Part shown: one piece after another, positions 7,166 through 16,898 of the stretch
How the letters are laid out: every line of letters starts with the position of its first letter
Numbering within the stretch: the first letter of the stretch is position 1
DNA from: Candidatus Brocadiia bacterium
GTDB taxonomy: Bacteria > Planctomycetota > Brocadiia > SM23-32
NCBI GenBank assembly: GCA_046538485.1
Contig: JBKHIT010000080.1
Span: 1-16,998 of the forward strand
Direction of reading: 5' to 3'
Length of the DNA: 16,998 bases
Program-made: the position numbers and the translations under genes
Notes under the pieces: model-generated
The model's input: the letters and a program-made list of their open reading frames with translations, nothing else
Database searches by the model: none
Told to the model about the DNA's origin: nothing

Positions 7166-9720
7166 AGACTGATTTCGCGTATAGCCGGGTTCGGCGGTTG
7201 AGCGACACGATTGGTTTCTGTTTGATGCTGATCGTGTTTGTGTTCTCGGCAGGATGTGCGGCCACAGAGCCCCCCGCGGTTACTATCGCCTCCAATGGCA
7301 CGCCGCAGCTGGACATTATCGTCGGAGGTGAGGCCGATGAGGATGTCCGAAGTGCAGCGGGAAGCCTGGCGGACTATCTGGGTCGAATCAGCGGCGGCAA
7401 ATTCAAGGTGGTGGCCGGCGACGGACGCGAGGGTATCGCGGTGGGACGGTGCGAGGAGTTTCCGGCACTCGGTCTTCAAAATGAATTCGATATCGAGGGC
7501 ATTGCCGGCCGCGAGCAGTATATTCTGCGTTCGCATCGAAAGGGACTCTTCGTTGTTGGACGCACCGAAATTGGGTTAGAGAATGCCGTCTGGGATCTGC
7601 TTCACAGGCTGGGCTACCGCCAATACTTTCCCGGCGAAACATGGGAAATCATCCCGCATGAGCCGGACCTGACCATTTCCGTGGATGCGAACGAATCGTC
7701 CGATTATTACAGCCGAAAAATCCGGTACTCCTACGGAACATGGGGGTTCAACCGGAAAGATTACACGCAGTGGCTTCTACGAAATCGCATTCGCCGGGGC
7801 TTTGCGCTCAATTCCGGCCATGCGTACGGAGGCATCATTCGGGCGAACAAGGAAGAATTTGACAGCCATCCCGAGTACTTTGCTCTCATTGACGGTGAAC
7901 GTCGACAAAGACGCAATGCCAAGTTCTGCATTTCCAACGCCGGGTTGCGGGATCTGGTTGCGGAATGGGCAGTGAAACGTTTCAAAGAAAACCCCGGTCT
8001 CGATTCAGTCTCGGTGGATCCCAGCGACGGAGGGGATTGGTGTGAGTGTGAAAAATGTAAGGCGCTGGGAAACATCTCCGATCGGGCATTGCTGCTGGCC
8101 AACACGGTGGCCCGGCGGGTGGTTTCGGAGGTTGGCAAGAACAAATATGTCGGCATGTATGCTTATAATTATCATTCTCCGCCTCCACTTAAGCACAGGG
8201 TGCATTCGAAGGTGATCATCAGCGTCGCGACGGCTTTTTTGAAGGGCGGAATGAGTGTGGATGAGATCATCCATGGCTGGAAAAAGGCCGGAGCTGAACT
8301 GTTTGGAATTCGGGAATATTTCAGCATCATCCACTGGGATAAAGATCTGCCGGGAGCGGCCCGGGCGTCCCATCCGAAAGCTCTCGCGCAGAAAATGGCT
8401 CGCTTCCACAAAATGGGTGCGCGGTTTGTGGACGCCGAGTCGAGTGAAAATTTCGGTCCCAACGGGATCGGGTATTACGTCGCGAGCCGCGTTTTCTGGG
8501 ACACTTCTGAGGCGGAGCGAGTGGAGGAAATTAAGGAAGAGTTTCTCCGGAAAGCCTTCGGGTCGGCGCACGATTCAATGAGAAAATACTACGGACTGAT
8601 CGTTTCTCCCCCGCAACGTCCGGTTTTGTCGGACGACCTGGTCGGGCGCATGTACAGGCACCTGGCGGCGGCCATGGAAACGGCAAAGTCCGCGGATGTC
8701 AAAGAACGCATCCGGCATCTTGTTCTTTACACTCGTTACGTCGACCTTTACGTGGACTACAAGCGTGCCCGCGGGAGAAAGCGGCAGGGGATCTATGAAC
8801 GGTTGATCCGGCATGCCTACAGAATTCGCCGGACTATGATGGTGCACTCAAAGGCGATATACCGCACGGGGTTGCGAGATAGGAGTGTGAAAATTCCAGA
8901 GAACGCTCATTGGCAGGTGCCGCCCGAAAAAAATCCCTGGAAAATTGAAGAGCCGTATCCGGTTGAACAGATATACAAAATGCTAAAGACCGGGGTGAAT
9001 GAACACCAGCTTCTGGATTTTGAACCGGTTCAATACAGCGAAAATCTGGTGCCAGCGACCCGTCTGAAGTTGCGAGACGTGAAGACGGTTCTCCCTTCGG
9101 CCCGTCGCAGCCGGGGACGACGCACCTATTACACCTGGGTCGATGAAGCGCCACATACCTTCCAGCTCAAATTGGTCGGTGGGCTGATTAAACATTACCG
9201 GGACCGCGGCGATGCCACTATCCGCTTGCGTTCGGCGGGCGGAGAAATTGTCGCGGAGCACAATGTCCCTCCGGACGGGAAGATGCAAGACGTCCCTCTG
9301 AGCACTTCGCAAACGGGACTTCATTTGATCGAACTGTCCGATGGTATGGATAGTTCGCGTCTCGCGTGGGAGTCCGGGACACCCATGACCCTGCGTCTTG
9401 ATTTCGGGCCTCGTTACGATTCGGGGAAACAAATTCTTTATTTTTATGTTCCCCGGGGGCTTGGCATAATAGGCGGATACCACCAGCGGACGAAGGGAAC
9501 GATAGTCGGTCCCACGGGCAAAACCGCCCATGAATTTGACGGCGGCATGGGATATTTTGAGGTCCCGGTTCCCGAGGGCCAGGACGGCAAACTGTGGCGG
9601 TTCGAAGGCCGGTTCTACAAAGCAAAGCTGATGCTTATGAATGTGCCGCCGTATATGGCAAGAAATGCCGAAGAGTTGCTGCTGCCGCGAGAGGTTGTGG
9701 AGGCCAATGCACCTGAGTGA
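7162..9720 (+). CDS. DUF4838-domain protein, probably exported or a lipoprotein (putative carbohydrate-active), 852 aa
   Basis: ATGA overlap with the upstream gene. Hydrophobic leader ending SAGC (lipobox-like). N-terminal EQYILR..VVG..AVWDLL..LG....PG domain. HPEYFAL, FCISN, DPSDGGDWCEC and YAY motifs. Confidence 0.8.
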   Translation: MKTDFAYSRVRRLSDTIGFCLMLIVFVFSAGCAATEPPAVTIASNGTPQLDIIVGGEADEDVRSAAGSLADYLGRISGGKFKVVAGDGREGIAVGRCEEFPALGLQNEFDIEGIAGREQYILRSHRKGLFVVGRTEIGLENAVWDLLHRLGYRQYFPGETWEIIPHEPDLTISVDANESSDYYSRKIRYSYGTWGFNRKDYTQWLLRNRIRRGFALNSGHAYGGIIRANKEEFDSHPEYFALIDGERRQRRNAKFCISNAGLRDLVAEWAVKRFKENPGLDSVSVDPSDGGDWCECEKCKALGNISDRALLLANTVARRVVSEVGKNKYVGMYAYNYHSPPPLKHRVHSKVIISVATAFLKGGMSVDEIIHGWKKAGAELFGIREYFSIIHWDKDLPGAARASHPKALAQKMARFHKMGARFVDAESSENFGPNGIGYYVASRVFWDTSEAERVEEIKEEFLRKAFGSAHDSMRKYYGLIVSPPQRPVLSDDLVGRMYRHLAAAMETAKSADVKERIRHLVLYTRYVDLYVDYKRARGRKRQGIYERLIRHAYRIRRTMMVHSKAIYRTGLRDRSVKIPENAHWQVPPEKNPWKIEEPYPVEQIYKMLKTGVNEHQLLDFEPVQYSENLVPATRLKLRDVKTVLPSARRSRGRRTYYTWVDEAPHTFQLKLVGGLIKHYRDRGDATIRLRSAGGEIVAEHNVPPDGKMQDVPLSTSQTGLHLIELSDGMDSSRLAWESGTPMTLRLDFGPRYDSGKQILYFYVPRGLGIIGGYHQRTKGTIVGPTGKTAHEFDGGMGYFEVPVPEGQDGKLWRFEGRFYKAKLMLMNVPPYMARNAEELLLPREVVEANAPE

Positions 9721-9780
9721 ATTGACGGTTTGTGATATGTTCGAGTGATCATCGATACAAGAATATCGAGGAGAAGTCTG

Positions 9781-12003
9781 ATGAATGAGTCCGCGTTTCT
9801 GGTGGAGAAGCTCTTGATGTTGGGTGTTTTCATGATTTCTGTTTGCGGAGTCGCCTGCGCCGCCGAGACCGTGTTAGTCCGTGACGGTCAACCCCGGGCG
9901 GGTATTGTCCTGGCGGAAAAGGCCGACGATAACGAGAAGCTGGCGGCGGAGGAACTCAAGAACCACATCGAAAAAATAAGTGGTGCCTCTCTGGTGATCG
10001 ATACGAAACCTACAAAAGGTGTGCCGACGGCGATCTATATCGGCGCCGCTTCCCCAGATCCGGGCAAAGCGGCTATCCGAAAAGGCGGGGAGAACGGCGC
10101 ATCGTTCCGCCTGCGAATCGGGAAGAAGGATCTTCATCTGGTCGGTCTTGAGTCGGTGGGAACGCTCAATGCGACCTATGAACTGCTCGAACGAATCGGA
10201 GTGCGCTGGTGCATGCCGGGAGAGCTGGGGACAGTGATCCCAAAACGGAAGACGATCGCCGTTGAGCGCGGCGACACGATACAGTATCCGGGCTTCCAGG
10301 GGAGGCACCTGCAGGCGATCGGCGACAGGGAATGGTCACGGCGTATGCGGATGGGGGGACTCGACAGTGGCGGACACGGTCTCGGGCCGCGTTTCAATCG
10401 GAAAAAAGAGCCCGAACTGTTCATGAAGCAAGATGGACGGGTGACGGGTCAGGTGAATGTCGGTAAACCGGAAGTGCTTCGGCGCGTTGTGGATTACTGG
10501 ATGAAAAGACTGGAGAAAAATCCCAACATCAAATACCTGAGGATCGGGCCGCGAGATGGTGGCGGATTTGGAGAACATCCGTGGGATGCCGGCGACATGG
10601 ATCCGTTGCACGGTAAGGTCTCTGTGACGGATCGCTATGTGAAGTTTTTCAACCAGGTGCTTGAGCGGATTCAGAAAAAGCACCCCGACGTCGGTCTTGG
10701 TTTCTACGCCTATTCCCAGTACATGCGGCCGCCGGTTCGTGAAGAACCAAATCCGCGCATTCTGCCGATGCTTGCTCCGATCGATCTGTGCCGCATTCAT
10801 AAAGTCGATACCCCGCATTGCTGGGAGCGGCAGTACATGGGCAGCATCATCGATGGCTGGCAGAAAACCGGCGTGAAGATGATGTATCGCGGATATCTGT
10901 TCAATCTCTGTAATCCGGGGATCCCTTACTCGATGGGCCGGCAGGTGGCGGTGGAGTTTCCCTTTTTCCAGAAGAAAGGCATCATCGGTTGCCGCGTGGA
11001 AACGATGCCGGCCTGGTCGTTCCATGGCCCGGGCCTTTACCTGGCAGCCAAAATGATGTGGGATCCGCAGCTCGACGCGCAGGCAGTGATGAAAGATTAC
11101 TATGAGAAGCTCTACGGGCCGGCGGCTGAAGGAATCCGGGGCTATTTTGATATTCTGGAGAACGCTTATCTGGAAGCGCATTACCACACAGGGAATGTTT
11201 TTGATGTCCCAAAAATTCTCAATGATGAGGTGATGAAGCAACTTGACGGCGCGATCAAGAAGGCGGAAGCCGCGGCGAAAGGGAGCGAGATTTATGTGCG
11301 CCGTGTAGAGATGATTCGGAAGGGGTTCCGTGCGGGCGAGCTCATTCTGGCAACCATCAATGCGTTGAACCACACGGATTTCGAGACGGCCAAGAAGAGC
11401 GCGGATCAGGCGCGCGAGTTGCTGAAAGAAGGCCGGAAACATGAACCGCCTCTGTTCAATAAACGTGTCGGGATCGGGTACTTCAACCGGTTCTGGGCCA
11501 ATACCGTCGATCACGGCTACGAATGTACCCACACGAAGGGAGAGAAAGTTCTGCAACTCCCCGACGAATGGCTCTTCATCATTGATCCTTATTCCGGCGG
11601 AGTTGACCTGGGTTTGTGGAAAGAGAAAGTCGACGAACAACCGTGGCATAGGATCCGCACCTACTCCCGGTCCTGGTCAAACCAGGGTTTGCGCTACTAC
11701 ATGGGAGATTCGTGGTATAGGACCCGGTTCAATGTGCCGGCGAAATACAAGGACCGACCGCTGATGTTGTGGCTTGGCGGTGTCGACAATGATGCTCGGG
11801 TGTGGGTCAATGGCACGGAACTCAAACAGGTAAAACGGGGCGCGTCGCCGATCGGCCGTCCGTGGGTCTATGATATGGCGCAAACCGTACGTTTTGGCTC
11901 GAAGAATACGATCGTTATTCGCGTCAGGAACAATCGGTTGCGGGAGCTAGGAACCGGTGGGTTGACCGGACCGGCCATGATTTACGCAAGCAATAAGAAA
12001 TAA
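9781..12003 (+). CDS. DUF4838-domain protein with C-terminal galactose-binding-like (GH2 sugar-binding type) domain, 740 aa
   Basis: RBS GAGGAG 9768-9773 favours ATG 9781 over GTG 9745. Signal peptide ending VACA-A. YELLERIGVRW.MPG, FYAYS and YLAAKMMWDP motifs. C-terminal WYRTRF, LGGVD..ARVWVNG, N.IVIRV and GGL.GP. Confidence 0.8.
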   Translation: MNESAFLVEKLLMLGVFMISVCGVACAAETVLVRDGQPRAGIVLAEKADDNEKLAAEELKNHIEKISGASLVIDTKPTKGVPTAIYIGAASPDPGKAAIRKGGENGASFRLRIGKKDLHLVGLESVGTLNATYELLERIGVRWCMPGELGTVIPKRKTIAVERGDTIQYPGFQGRHLQAIGDREWSRRMRMGGLDSGGHGLGPRFNRKKEPELFMKQDGRVTGQVNVGKPEVLRRVVDYWMKRLEKNPNIKYLRIGPRDGGGFGEHPWDAGDMDPLHGKVSVTDRYVKFFNQVLERIQKKHPDVGLGFYAYSQYMRPPVREEPNPRILPMLAPIDLCRIHKVDTPHCWERQYMGSIIDGWQKTGVKMMYRGYLFNLCNPGIPYSMGRQVAVEFPFFQKKGIIGCRVETMPAWSFHGPGLYLAAKMMWDPQLDAQAVMKDYYEKLYGPAAEGIRGYFDILENAYLEAHYHTGNVFDVPKILNDEVMKQLDGAIKKAEAAAKGSEIYVRRVEMIRKGFRAGELILATINALNHTDFETAKKSADQARELLKEGRKHEPPLFNKRVGIGYFNRFWANTVDHGYECTHTKGEKVLQLPDEWLFIIDPYSGGVDLGLWKEKVDEQPWHRIRTYSRSWSNQGLRYYMGDSWYRTRFNVPAKYKDRPLMLWLGGVDNDARVWVNGTELKQVKRGASPIGRPWVYDMAQTVRFGSKNTIVIRVRNNRLRELGTGGLTGPAMIYASNKK

Positions 12004-12021
12004 GTTCGAAGGAGAAGTTGG

Positions 12022-14004
12022 ATGGAATCTGCTGGCAAGTGGCACGACGATGTTTTTTTCGGCATTCATTACGATCTTCATGCCGGTGAAAACGATACGG
12101 AACTCGGCGCCGAGCTCACGGAGGAACATCTGGAGGAAAGATTGCGGCTGATCGATCCGGACTGGATCCAGTGTGATTGCAAGGGACACCCTGGGTGGAC
12201 AAGCTGGCCGACAGATGTCGGTTCCACGTCCCCGGGAGTAGTCAAAGACGCCCTGCGCATCCACCGTGACGTTACAAAAAAGCTGGGAATTAAGCTCGGT
12301 ATGCACTATTCGGGGGTTTTTGACAGGCGCGCGATTGAGCTGCATCCCGAATGGGGCCGAATCAACGCCGATGGCAGTCGCGATGAAAAAAATACCTGCC
12401 GTATGAGCGGCTACACCGAGGAACTGATGATCTCCCAGATGCTCGAACTTATCGACAAATACGACATCGACGGATTCTGGGTCGATGGAGAAAACTGGGC
12501 CTCCGCTCCGTGCTACTGCGAAAAATGCCGGGAAGAATTCCGGCGCCGCACCGGCCTGGAACATATTCCCGAAGAATCGGACGAGGAAAATTGGGACGAG
12601 TGGCTCGCGTTTCACCGCCGGCTCTTTGTGGAACACGTCACGAAATATGCCAACGCAGTCCATGAGCGAAAGCCCGAATGTTGCGTCTGCAGCAACTGGA
12701 TGTACACGATCCGTCAGCCCGATCCCGTCGAGGCACCCGTCGATTACCTGAGCGGAGATTTCGATTGGATATGGGGCGCGGACCGCGCGGCCGTGGAGGG
12801 GCGTCTGCTCGATGGCAGAGACCTGAGCTGGGACCTGATGGCGTGGGATTTCATCAAAACGCGGGGTATGAAAAGTCAGCAACCCTGGACCGTGAAACCG
12901 GCCCTCCATCTCAAACAGGAGATCAGCGAGGTCCTGGCGCTCGGGGGAGCGGTTATGTGTTACGAAAAGCCGCAACGATCGGGCTGGCTGGTGGGTTGGC
13001 GACACGAGATGCTGGCGGACGTGGCGCGGTTTGCCCGGGAACGCAAAGAACCGCTTTTCCAGTCTGAGACTGTCCCTCAGGCGGCGGTTCTGCATCTGGC
13101 GGACCATTATTACCGCCACAACGCACCGCTTTTCAATTACGGCGAGGCGGTGCAACCGGTTGAAGGCGCGCTGCACTCCCTCCTGGAGACCCACAGGTCA
13201 ACGGATATCCTGACCGAAGAGAGGGCGATCGACACCGGCGGGGAGTATCAGCTTCTGGTGGTCCCCGAGCAGACGCACCTGTCCGATGCGATTGTGCAGA
13301 AACTGGAGAGTTTTGTGGCGGCCGGCGGATGCGTGCTGATGAGCGGATCCCATCTCTCTCATGATTATCCTGAGCTCGTGGGCGCACGGCCGAGCACTGA
13401 AGAACCCGAGCGCAAGACGGCAGGACGCGGCATTCAGTGTTGTCTGCCGGTGGACGACGAAGCGGTTGCGGTTTTCGGGGATTGGCAACCGGTGGTTCCG
13501 AAATCAGGGACCGAGTCTCTGGCGAATCGGATGGTAGGTGAGGAACCCGGAAAGGATACGACCGATGAGGTCGTGGTGACGAAACGGGGTGGGGGCGATG
13601 GAGAGATTGTCGCGGTTCACGGCCCGCTTTTCGAAAACTATTACGCCGGGCATTACCCGAAATTGCGGAGGTTTATTGCCAGTCTCGTGGATCGGATGAA
13701 GATCGACTGGGTGGTTGAGATTGATGCCCCACCGCAACTGGAGGCTGTTTTGCGGCGCAAAGACGGGAATTTAATCGTGAACCTGATCAATCGCGGGGCG
13801 GGGGAGATGCTGATGCCGCGTCGGGTGCTCGTGGAGAACCTGCCGCCCATCGAAGATGTTGTGGTTCGAATACGAACCGATGCGAAACCGGAGAGCGTTG
13901 CTGCGATGCCGGAGGATCAGGAAATTGAATGGTCCTATGCGAACGGATGGACGACCGTGCGCGTACCTCAGATCCATATCCACATGGCGCTTGTCGTGCA
14001 ATAA
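12022..14004 (+). CDS. Alpha-L-fucosidase-like glycoside hydrolase (GH151/GH29-like barrel plus GH42-type trimerisation/GATase-like domain), 660 aa
   Basis: RBS AAGGAG 12009-12014. FGIHYDLHA, DCKGHPG.TSWPT and YDIDGFWVDGE (nucleophile-type Asp) motifs, CYCEKC, and YQLLVVPEQTHL...FVAAGG. No signal peptide. Confidence 0.7.
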   Translation: MESAGKWHDDVFFGIHYDLHAGENDTELGAELTEEHLEERLRLIDPDWIQCDCKGHPGWTSWPTDVGSTSPGVVKDALRIHRDVTKKLGIKLGMHYSGVFDRRAIELHPEWGRINADGSRDEKNTCRMSGYTEELMISQMLELIDKYDIDGFWVDGENWASAPCYCEKCREEFRRRTGLEHIPEESDEENWDEWLAFHRRLFVEHVTKYANAVHERKPECCVCSNWMYTIRQPDPVEAPVDYLSGDFDWIWGADRAAVEGRLLDGRDLSWDLMAWDFIKTRGMKSQQPWTVKPALHLKQEISEVLALGGAVMCYEKPQRSGWLVGWRHEMLADVARFARERKEPLFQSETVPQAAVLHLADHYYRHNAPLFNYGEAVQPVEGALHSLLETHRSTDILTEERAIDTGGEYQLLVVPEQTHLSDAIVQKLESFVAAGGCVLMSGSHLSHDYPELVGARPSTEEPERKTAGRGIQCCLPVDDEAVAVFGDWQPVVPKSGTESLANRMVGEEPGKDTTDEVVVTKRGGGDGEIVAVHGPLFENYYAGHYPKLRRFIASLVDRMKIDWVVEIDAPPQLEAVLRRKDGNLIVNLINRGAGEMLMPRRVLVENLPPIEDVVVRIRTDAKPESVAAMPEDQEIEWSYANGWTTVRVPQIHIHMALVVQ

Positions 14005-14058
14005 ACCAGGGATATGCGCGGTCTTTGGTTCATTACGTATTTCGCCAGGCCAGCGTGC

Positions 14059-14087
14059 CAGGGCTGCTGAATGCTGCCCTGTGTTTT
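14059..14087 (+). terminator. Weak terminator candidate between convergent genes
   Basis: CAGGGC(14059-14064)/GCCCTG(14076-14081) followed by TGTTTT. Confidence 0.3.
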
Positions 14088-14833
14088 CATTCGAACGGGC
14101 CCATAAGGGGAGCCAGAAGGCGTTCCCAGATGGAATCGCCCGACCATTCTTGTCCGTCGCTTGATTCTTCGGGGAGGAAACTTGCTCCGATTCGCACATT
14201 GAGCCAGGTCCAGGAACTGCCCGCTGCTTTCAGAATAGTGTCTGTGAACTCCGGCGGATCAAAACTATGTTCGAGTCCCGACAGAACGTCGCTGCGTGGT
14301 TTACAACGCCGGAGTTTCAGTCTTTGCAAATCGGACATCCAGAGGTGCACTGATTCGTCCCATTTGAGCAAAGAATCGGGGTCGCGAGGATCGAATTCGT
14401 CCGGATCTTCCATGTATCCGCCGAGGACATCCACGCACACTTCAAGCGAGGTTTCCGTTGCGATTTGCTGGATAATATCGAAGATCTCCCCACTTTTGAG
14501 CAGTTCCGCGAATCGGTGCCAGGCCCAGCTATCATCCATCAGATAGTTGTCGACATCAGAGGAAGTGAAGGCTTCCTCCACCTCGGGATCAAGGCCATTT
14601 TCGAGGTGAACGGCGGCTGTGTAACCGGGGCGAAGATCGCAGCTGAAAAACTGACATTTCGCCTGCCCATAAACTGGCCAATCCGTTGCTGGCGCCAGCC
14701 ACCAATCGGTTTCATCCGGTTTAAAACGATTATAAGGACGCGCCGTCAAACGGCCGAATCCAGCGTCCTGGGCGGCTTCCTGGACGGCGTAGGCAAGATC
14801 ACGTTTTGTTTCGTAAGGTATTGTAGGGGACAT
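14087..14833 (-). CDS. Hypothetical protein, 248 aa (acidic, Trp-rich)
   Basis: Protein-like composition. Starts 11 bp after the URO-D-family stop on the same strand and fills the gap without overlapping neighbours. Confidence 0.75.
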   Translation of the reverse strand: MSPTIPYETKRDLAYAVQEAAQDAGFGRLTARPYNRFKPDETDWWLAPATDWPVYGQAKCQFFSCDLRPGYTAAVHLENGLDPEVEEAFTSSDVDNYLMDDSWAWHRFAELLKSGEIFDIIQQIATETSLEVCVDVLGGYMEDPDEFDPRDPDSLLKWDESVHLWMSDLQRLKLRRCKPRSDVLSGLEHSFDPPEFTDTILKAAGSSWTWLNVRIGASFLPEESSDGQEWSGDSIWERLLAPLMGPFE

Positions 14834-14844
14834 AATTCTCAGTT

Positions 14845-15987
14845 TCAGTATTTACCGTATGTTCGGGCTGTTTCAACCATCGCGCGGAGATTTTCGTCTG
14901 GCGTATCACGCCCACATTGATCGCCAGTTGAGAGAATAAATCCACCGCCTTCTGCAGCATCATTGATGGCTTTTCTGCTCGCTTCCACCACGTCGTCGAC
15001 CAAACCTTCAAGCATCGTGCGGGTGGTGTGGAGATTGCCTTTAAGCACAATTTTATCGCCGTAAAGTTCTTTAAGCTCGGCAAGATTGCAATCTCCCATG
15101 GGGGGTTGTTCAAGGGGATCAATCACGGTCAAGTCTGTTTCTTCGGCAAAGATTCGAACGAGTTCTTTCTCCGGTCCGCAGGAATGAACGTGCGTCGGTA
15201 TCCCGGCCTCAGTGGCGAGTTCGATAACACGTTTTGCGCCGGGCAGTGCGATCTTGCGAAAAATCTCAACGGTTTGAAAGATAAGGCTTCCTGAACCACC
15301 GACGCAAAGAAAATCGGGCTTTTCTTCAAGCGACATGAGGTATTCAAACCGTCGTTCACCTTGCCGAATCCTTTCTTCGGCGAGGTGTTCGTATTTCTGC
15401 GGGTTGTCGTGGTAGTCGTAGATTGCTTCGGGGTTGTTCAGAACACATGAATTGAGCACGAAAACGCCGATCAGACCCTGATTGCCCATGAGGTCTTTGA
15501 CACGTTTCAGGGCTTCGGGCCCGCATTCAACCGGTTTGAGCCCTTCAAGAGGCTCGTACTCTGTCGGTTCGTCCGGCAAACCTACCTTTTCAACGGGCAA
15601 ACCGTAAGTCGGTGGGTCGGACCGGTAATAAACATCGACATTCGGTGCCCAGAGGCGTTCTCCGTTTTCAATTCGGCTTCGGCGAGTTATGATGCGGTCG
15701 TCAGTTCGCCGGACGATGAACCGTTCCCATGGCGGATCTTCGGATTCGGTCCCGCCGGGGGACGGATACCGGAACGGGAAGTAACCATCCATCAGCGAGT
15801 CCACGTCGAAATGTTTGGCGCAGTCGATGTAGGCTTCCCAGATGGGCGGGTCGTTATAGAGATACAGATCCCAGAACGGTTTTCCAGTGAGCCGAGCGGG
15901 GATCATATTCGATGTGTCCGGCATTACCGGAACACAGTCCGGGAGCTCTCCGTTCAGAACGGCCAGCAATCTTTCACGTGATGTCAT
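14845..15987 (-). CDS. Uroporphyrinogen decarboxylase (URO-D) / MtaA-CmuA methyltransferase family protein, 380 aa
   Basis: N-terminal MTSRERLLAVLNGELPDCVPV, plus HVHSCG, LKGNL and GGGFILSTGDQC...ENL.AM. The HxC...C Zn motif is present. Not a canonical HemE. Confidence 0.85.
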   Translation of the reverse strand: MTSRERLLAVLNGELPDCVPVMPDTSNMIPARLTGKPFWDLYLYNDPPIWEAYIDCAKHFDVDSLMDGYFPFRYPSPGGTESEDPPWERFIVRRTDDRIITRRSRIENGERLWAPNVDVYYRSDPPTYGLPVEKVGLPDEPTEYEPLEGLKPVECGPEALKRVKDLMGNQGLIGVFVLNSCVLNNPEAIYDYHDNPQKYEHLAEERIRQGERRFEYLMSLEEKPDFLCVGGSGSLIFQTVEIFRKIALPGAKRVIELATEAGIPTHVHSCGPEKELVRIFAEETDLTVIDPLEQPPMGDCNLAELKELYGDKIVLKGNLHTTRTMLEGLVDDVVEASRKAINDAAEGGGFILSTGDQCGRDTPDENLRAMVETARTYGKY

Positions 15988-16460
15988 GTTTTTCTACGAA
16001 GTATCTGATAGCGATAAAAGCCGCGGGCAAACTCCGGACAAGAAGTTCTCCCACCTGGAAGTAGAGCAATCTGCGAGACGCATGGAAGTTCCTGGCTTGC
16101 AGAACTGGCAGATGAAGAAGGGCAACTTCTTGTCAGGATACACGACTCACAGCTCTTCTGCTTTTTGTAAAAGAAATGTCCAGCGCCGATATGGGATTGT
16201 GGTCGAATGTCGATTCGAGTGTACGCTATCTGCTTGCTAAGACGCAAGCTCGGGCCAATGCGAGAAATTAGTTCGAAACCCGGCAAAGAGCCTGGTCTCT
16301 GGAAACCAGATTTGTGGAGGTCTGTGCTCCGGCAGCTTAAATGAATAGCATACTAAAATACGACACAAAACTACAGTTTGTTTGACATAAGGACGCCTGC
16401 CTGTCACCGGTTGAGTTGCGATAACTGACCTTATCTCTTCTGGCAGAATAACGGAAAGGT

Positions 16461-16483
16461 TGCAAGCAAGATGCTTCCACTAC
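16461..16483 (-). repeat. GTAG-type REP-like element
   Basis: Minus strand reads GTAG-TGGAAGCA-TCT-TGCTTGCA (8-bp stem, one mismatch). Confidence 0.55.
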
Positions 16484-16495
16484 TATAGCGGCGGA

Positions 16496-16520
16496 TCGGC
16501 CGGCATCCCCGGCTCCCACA
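16496..16520 (-). repeat. GTGG/GTAG-type REP-like element
   Basis: Minus strand reads T-GTGG-GA-GCCGG-GGATG-CCGGC-CGAT, the GTRG plus GA plus stem architecture of proteobacterial REPs. Confidence 0.5.
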
Positions 16521-16551
16521 AGTGGTATTGTCTGTGTGTGACAAAGGCCGA

Positions 16552-16662
16552 AGGCTGCACTGTCCGCGTTCTGAACTCCAGCCTCCGGCTGAAGTCCAGT
16601 CCGCTCATGCTCTGCAGCCTCGAGTTCAGCTGAGCGGTAGCGAAGCGGGACTTGAGGCGGAC
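16552..16662. repeat. Palindromic doublet repeat (full module A plus module B)
   Basis: 16564-16606 is identical to 1484-1526. 16619-16662 matches 1330-1383 with a shorter inner stem. Module A is enclosed by AGGCTGCA(16552-16559)/TGCAGCCT(16613-16620). Confidence 0.85.
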
Positions 16663-16827
16663 GATTAGGGGGGTATGGACCACCAAGGGCACGGGATTCG
16701 GGACTGGCTGCTCCGGCACCGTCTTTTCGAAAGTTCTCGCGTTGAGACGGTTTCGGAGTTTTTGGGCCCCCTGTCCCATCCGCGAAAGCCATACGGAAAA
16801 AAGACGTACCTGTGATCGATATTCGAA

Positions 16828-16870
16828 TCGCAAATCTTTGCTCCAGGAAGTATAATACAGCAAAGCGCTT
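16828..16870 (+). promoter_or_regulatory. Candidate sigma70 promoter plus LacI-type operator for the prepilin-like gene
   Basis: TCGCAA(16828-16833)-17 bp-TATAAT(16851-16856). Palindrome AAGCGCTT (16863-16870) lies at the expected +1 region. Confidence 0.55.
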
Positions 16871-16898
16871 CCGTCGTGTATGATCACCGGGAGGATAT

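Noticed and set aside
5111..7536. Minus-strand ORFs 5111..6145, 6200..7066 and 6784..7536
   Set aside because: Antisense to well-supported genes.
10336..13194. Minus-strand ORFs of 437 and 415 aa
   Set aside because: Antisense shadows expected from codon bias in GC-rich genes.
15984..16286. 100-aa Cys/Ser-rich ORF upstream of the URO-D gene
   Set aside because: Despite a 4-bp overlap with the URO-D start, it has a non-ATG start, no clear RBS, atypical composition and no motif. It cannot be supported.
16382..16387. Perfect TTGACA
   Set aside because: No -10 element at 16-18 bp spacing.
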